This document shows positions 62,520 to 64,000 of a stretch of DNA of 64,000 nucleotides, in pieces; position 1 is the stretch's first letter, and every line of letters begins with the position of its first letter. Position numbers and translations under genes: made by a program. Origin of the DNA: Bacteroidales bacterium (GTDB lineage: Bacteria > Bacteroidota > Bacteroidia > Bacteroidales > F082); NCBI GenBank assembly GCA_045606865.1, contig JAZUST010000145.1, positions 9,359 through 73,358 on the forward strand. Direction: 5' to 3'. Below the pieces are notes generated by a model. It was given only the letters and a program-made list of their open reading frames with translations, did no database searches and was not told the DNA's origin.

Positions 62520-63134
62520 TTAATTCATTCCTTCCTTTACAAATTCAATCCGTTCAATCTTTGATACACTTCCATTTAAAGGCATATACACATTTGCACT
62601 ACCGTGATATTTTACATCGCTATTTAATCTTTTGGTATCAACTAAAAATTCAATAATATTATTGTTGCTACCAAATTGATTAGTTGAATTAGTATGTATA
62701 TTAGATTTGCAATCTGCCAGCACAACATAAAATGCTCTTCCTGTATCTAAAGTTATACGATATTTAGTTCCTATGCTTGTCCCGTAATACGAACCAAGAG
62801 CTACAAGATAATAGTTGTCTGTTATTCCTAAGTCCTTTTCAGCATCACATCTCATAAATCCATCATAATCTAACCAACCCCACTGCTTAATGAATTTATA
62901 TTGAGGGCTGTTTTTATTTGTAACACATCTGAAGTCCATATATGCTTTAAAAGAACTATTTATATTAGGAACACCAAGTGGAACATATTTAACTGTTAAT
63001 TTGGGTTTAGGTTCAACTTTGCTTTCAGCTACTATTTCACTACCAGCATCATTCACATTTGTAAAATTAGCTCCTGTCCAATAAAACAAAAACATAACTA
63101 TCAGTAAACAAGTAATAATTTTAAATCTCTTCAT
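62520..63134 (-). CDS. secreted or anchored protein of unknown function
   Basis: N-terminal signal/anchor (MKRFKIITCLLIVMFLFYWTGA). 204 aa. No catalytic motif recognised. Confidence 0.75.
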   Translation of the reverse strand: MKRFKIITCLLIVMFLFYWTGANFTNVNDAGSEIVAESKVEPKPKLTVKYVPLGVPNINSSFKAYMDFRCVTNKNSPQYKFIKQWGWLDYDGFMRCDAEKDLGITDNYYLVALGSYYGTSIGTKYRITLDTGRAFYVVLADCKSNIHTNSTNQFGSNNNIIEFLVDTKRLNSDVKYHGSANVYMPLNGSVSKIERIEFVKEGMN

Positions 63135-63142
63135 AAATCCTC

Positions 63143-63430
63143 CTAATCATGTATAAATTGTGGACACGAAATGATTTTATATGTACGACGAATATAACCA
63201 TCTCTTTCTTTTTTATACACAGGCTTTGCATCCCAGTTTTTTATTGGTTTCGACTCGCTACTCCACAAACAATTTCCAGTAGCATTTCTACAAATCCAAC
63301 AGGGTTGGTCACATTCGTCTTTTCTAATTCTTGATGCGATTTTTTTACAATCAGAACAACAATATTTTTTTGTTTTATTCTTAGTTATAAAAATCTTTCC
63401 ACATATCTGACATTCGTTTTTATATTTCAT
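63143..63430 (-). CDS. Cys-rich zinc-finger protein
   Basis: CQICGK...CCSDCKK...CWICRNATGNC...CPQF. 95 aa. Confidence 0.7.
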   Translation of the reverse strand: MKYKNECQICGKIFITKNKTKKYCCSDCKKIASRIRKDECDQPCWICRNATGNCLWSSESKPIKNWDAKPVYKKERDGYIRRTYKIISCPQFIHD

Positions 63431-63587
63431 TGTTCTTATCTCCTTTGTATAGTTCTTCTATAAATTTTAATAAATCGTTTAAGAAAATATATATGAGAAC
63501 CCATAATAAGAAACCCATAATAATTACCTGCAAATATGTACTACCGTCTTGCGTGCTTTGAAATAACCATTTTATAAGCTTGTCCAT
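63420..63587 (-). CDS. 55-aa membrane peptide, first gene of the minus-strand arm (below the track threshold)
   Basis: ATG 63587. MDKLIKWLFQSTQDGSTYLQVIIMGFLLWVLIYIFLNDLL.... TAA at 63420-63422 overlaps the next start. Confidence 0.45.
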   Translation of the reverse strand: MDKLIKWLFQSTQDGSTYLQVIIMGFLLWVLIYIFLNDLLKFIEELYKGDKNNEI

Positions 63588-63629
63588 TTCTTTAATTCCT
63601 TTCTAAAGTGATTTTGTTAATTATTAGTA

Positions 63630-63658
63630 TTGAAAAATTTACCTAAACGTTATATAAT
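63630..63658 (+). promoter_or_regulatory. sigma-A-type promoter in the divergent control region
   Basis: TTGAAA (63630-63635), a 17-nt spacer, then TATAAT (63653-63658). Points toward the + strand gene starting at 63922. Confidence 0.6.
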
Positions 63659-63921
63659 AATAAATGGTGAATCCGTACCTCCTTTATATAGTTATTAAAA
63701 CTTTTATAAAGAGGTGATGTCTGAATGTATCTGATGAGTTATTCTAAAATTGTTTCGTTTTATTTTAATATCGTATATACATAGGCAATTTTAGCAGTTC
63801 ACTGTCTGCTAATCATACTCGGCGGATTTCACCAAATCGCTGTTATTACATACTCTTTCGTGGGTAACCGTGTTCGAATTTGCGGCTCTACCCACAAAAA
63901 ATATAACTAAAGGAGAAGAGT

Positions 63922-64000
63922 ATGAAAAACAGTGAATTCGACCTCCTATCATTTGTTTTAGGGACATTGGGTATATCCATAACCGCCAAAGTTCTTGAAA
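63922..64000 (+). CDS. 5' end of a + strand gene (partial)
   Basis: AAAGGAGAAGAGT SD + ATG. MKNSEFDLLSFVLGTLGISITAKVLE... runs off the window. Confidence 0.55.
   Translation, partial: MKNSEFDLLSFVLGTLGISITAKVLE

Noticed and set aside
63855-63895. A tRNA-like element, because of a GTTCGAAT sequence inside the GTGGGTA...TACCCAC hairpin.
   Set aside because: The flanking bases do not form a T-stem (CCGTG vs TTGCG), and no D-arm or acceptor stem can be drawn.
1-64000. Whole-genome TGA-to-Trp recoding (genetic code 4).
   Set aside because: Large genes contain no internal TGA and encode Trp with TGG. Reading through the TGAs at 31812 and 38753 would produce long out-of-frame extensions across neighbouring genes. 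The SLH-domain lysin argues against a Mollicutes-type host. Only partial or leaky decoding remains plausible.
1-64000. CRISPR arrays, rRNA genes and transposase/IS elements.
   Set aside because: There are no regularly spaced direct repeats of 24-40 nt, no rRNA-like conserved stretches and no DDE/transposase-like ORFs. The only mobile-element signatures are the introns, HEG-type ORFs and the serine recombinase.

Overview
This is an AT-rich dsDNA phage or prophage segment. No database search was possible. All family calls come from motifs I can read in the translations, and all coordinates were derived by hand.

Layout:
- 1-23.6 kb (+ strand) is the late/virion arm. It holds tail genes, a very long TP901-type tape-measure gene, distal tail and receptor-binding genes, an XkdX-like gene, a cysteine-peptidase/SLH lysin and an amidase endolysin.
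- 23.7-25.3 kb (-) encodes a large serine recombinase, so the phage is probably temperate.
- 25.6-63.6 kb (-) is one long early/middle arm. It covers nucleotide metabolism (dUTPase, class II RNR, deoxyribosyltransferase-like, dNMP-kinase-like, divergent ThyX-like), two DNA methyltransferases and two tRNA-type genes. It also holds a macro/cPr/Mom-like trio, an HNH gene and the replication genes (DnaE-type polymerase, Cas4-like nuclease, primase-helicase, SSB, Sak4-like ATPase). The upstream end carries a CCA-adding enzyme plus RlaP-type nucleotidyltransferase, a LemA membrane cluster, and a ParB-like/DUF262/sigma-like operon.
- The SLH domain in the lysin points to a Firmicutes (Clostridia-like) host.

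Most interesting observations:
1. The tape-measure gene is split into three coding segments by two group I introns.
2. The second intron has no sense-strand homing endonuclease. Instead it carries a cassette on the opposite strand with its own consensus promoters, including a type I toxin-antitoxin-like small peptide and convergent sRNA, plus terminators that face the tape-measure transcript.
3. Three in-frame TGA codons sit inside two otherwise intact genes, and the TGA stop contexts elsewhere are unusual.
4. A 94-nt tRNA-like gene has canonical acceptor, D and T arms but an aberrant anticodon region.
5. There is an RNA-end and ADP-ribose repair gene set.

No CRISPR array and no rRNA were seen.
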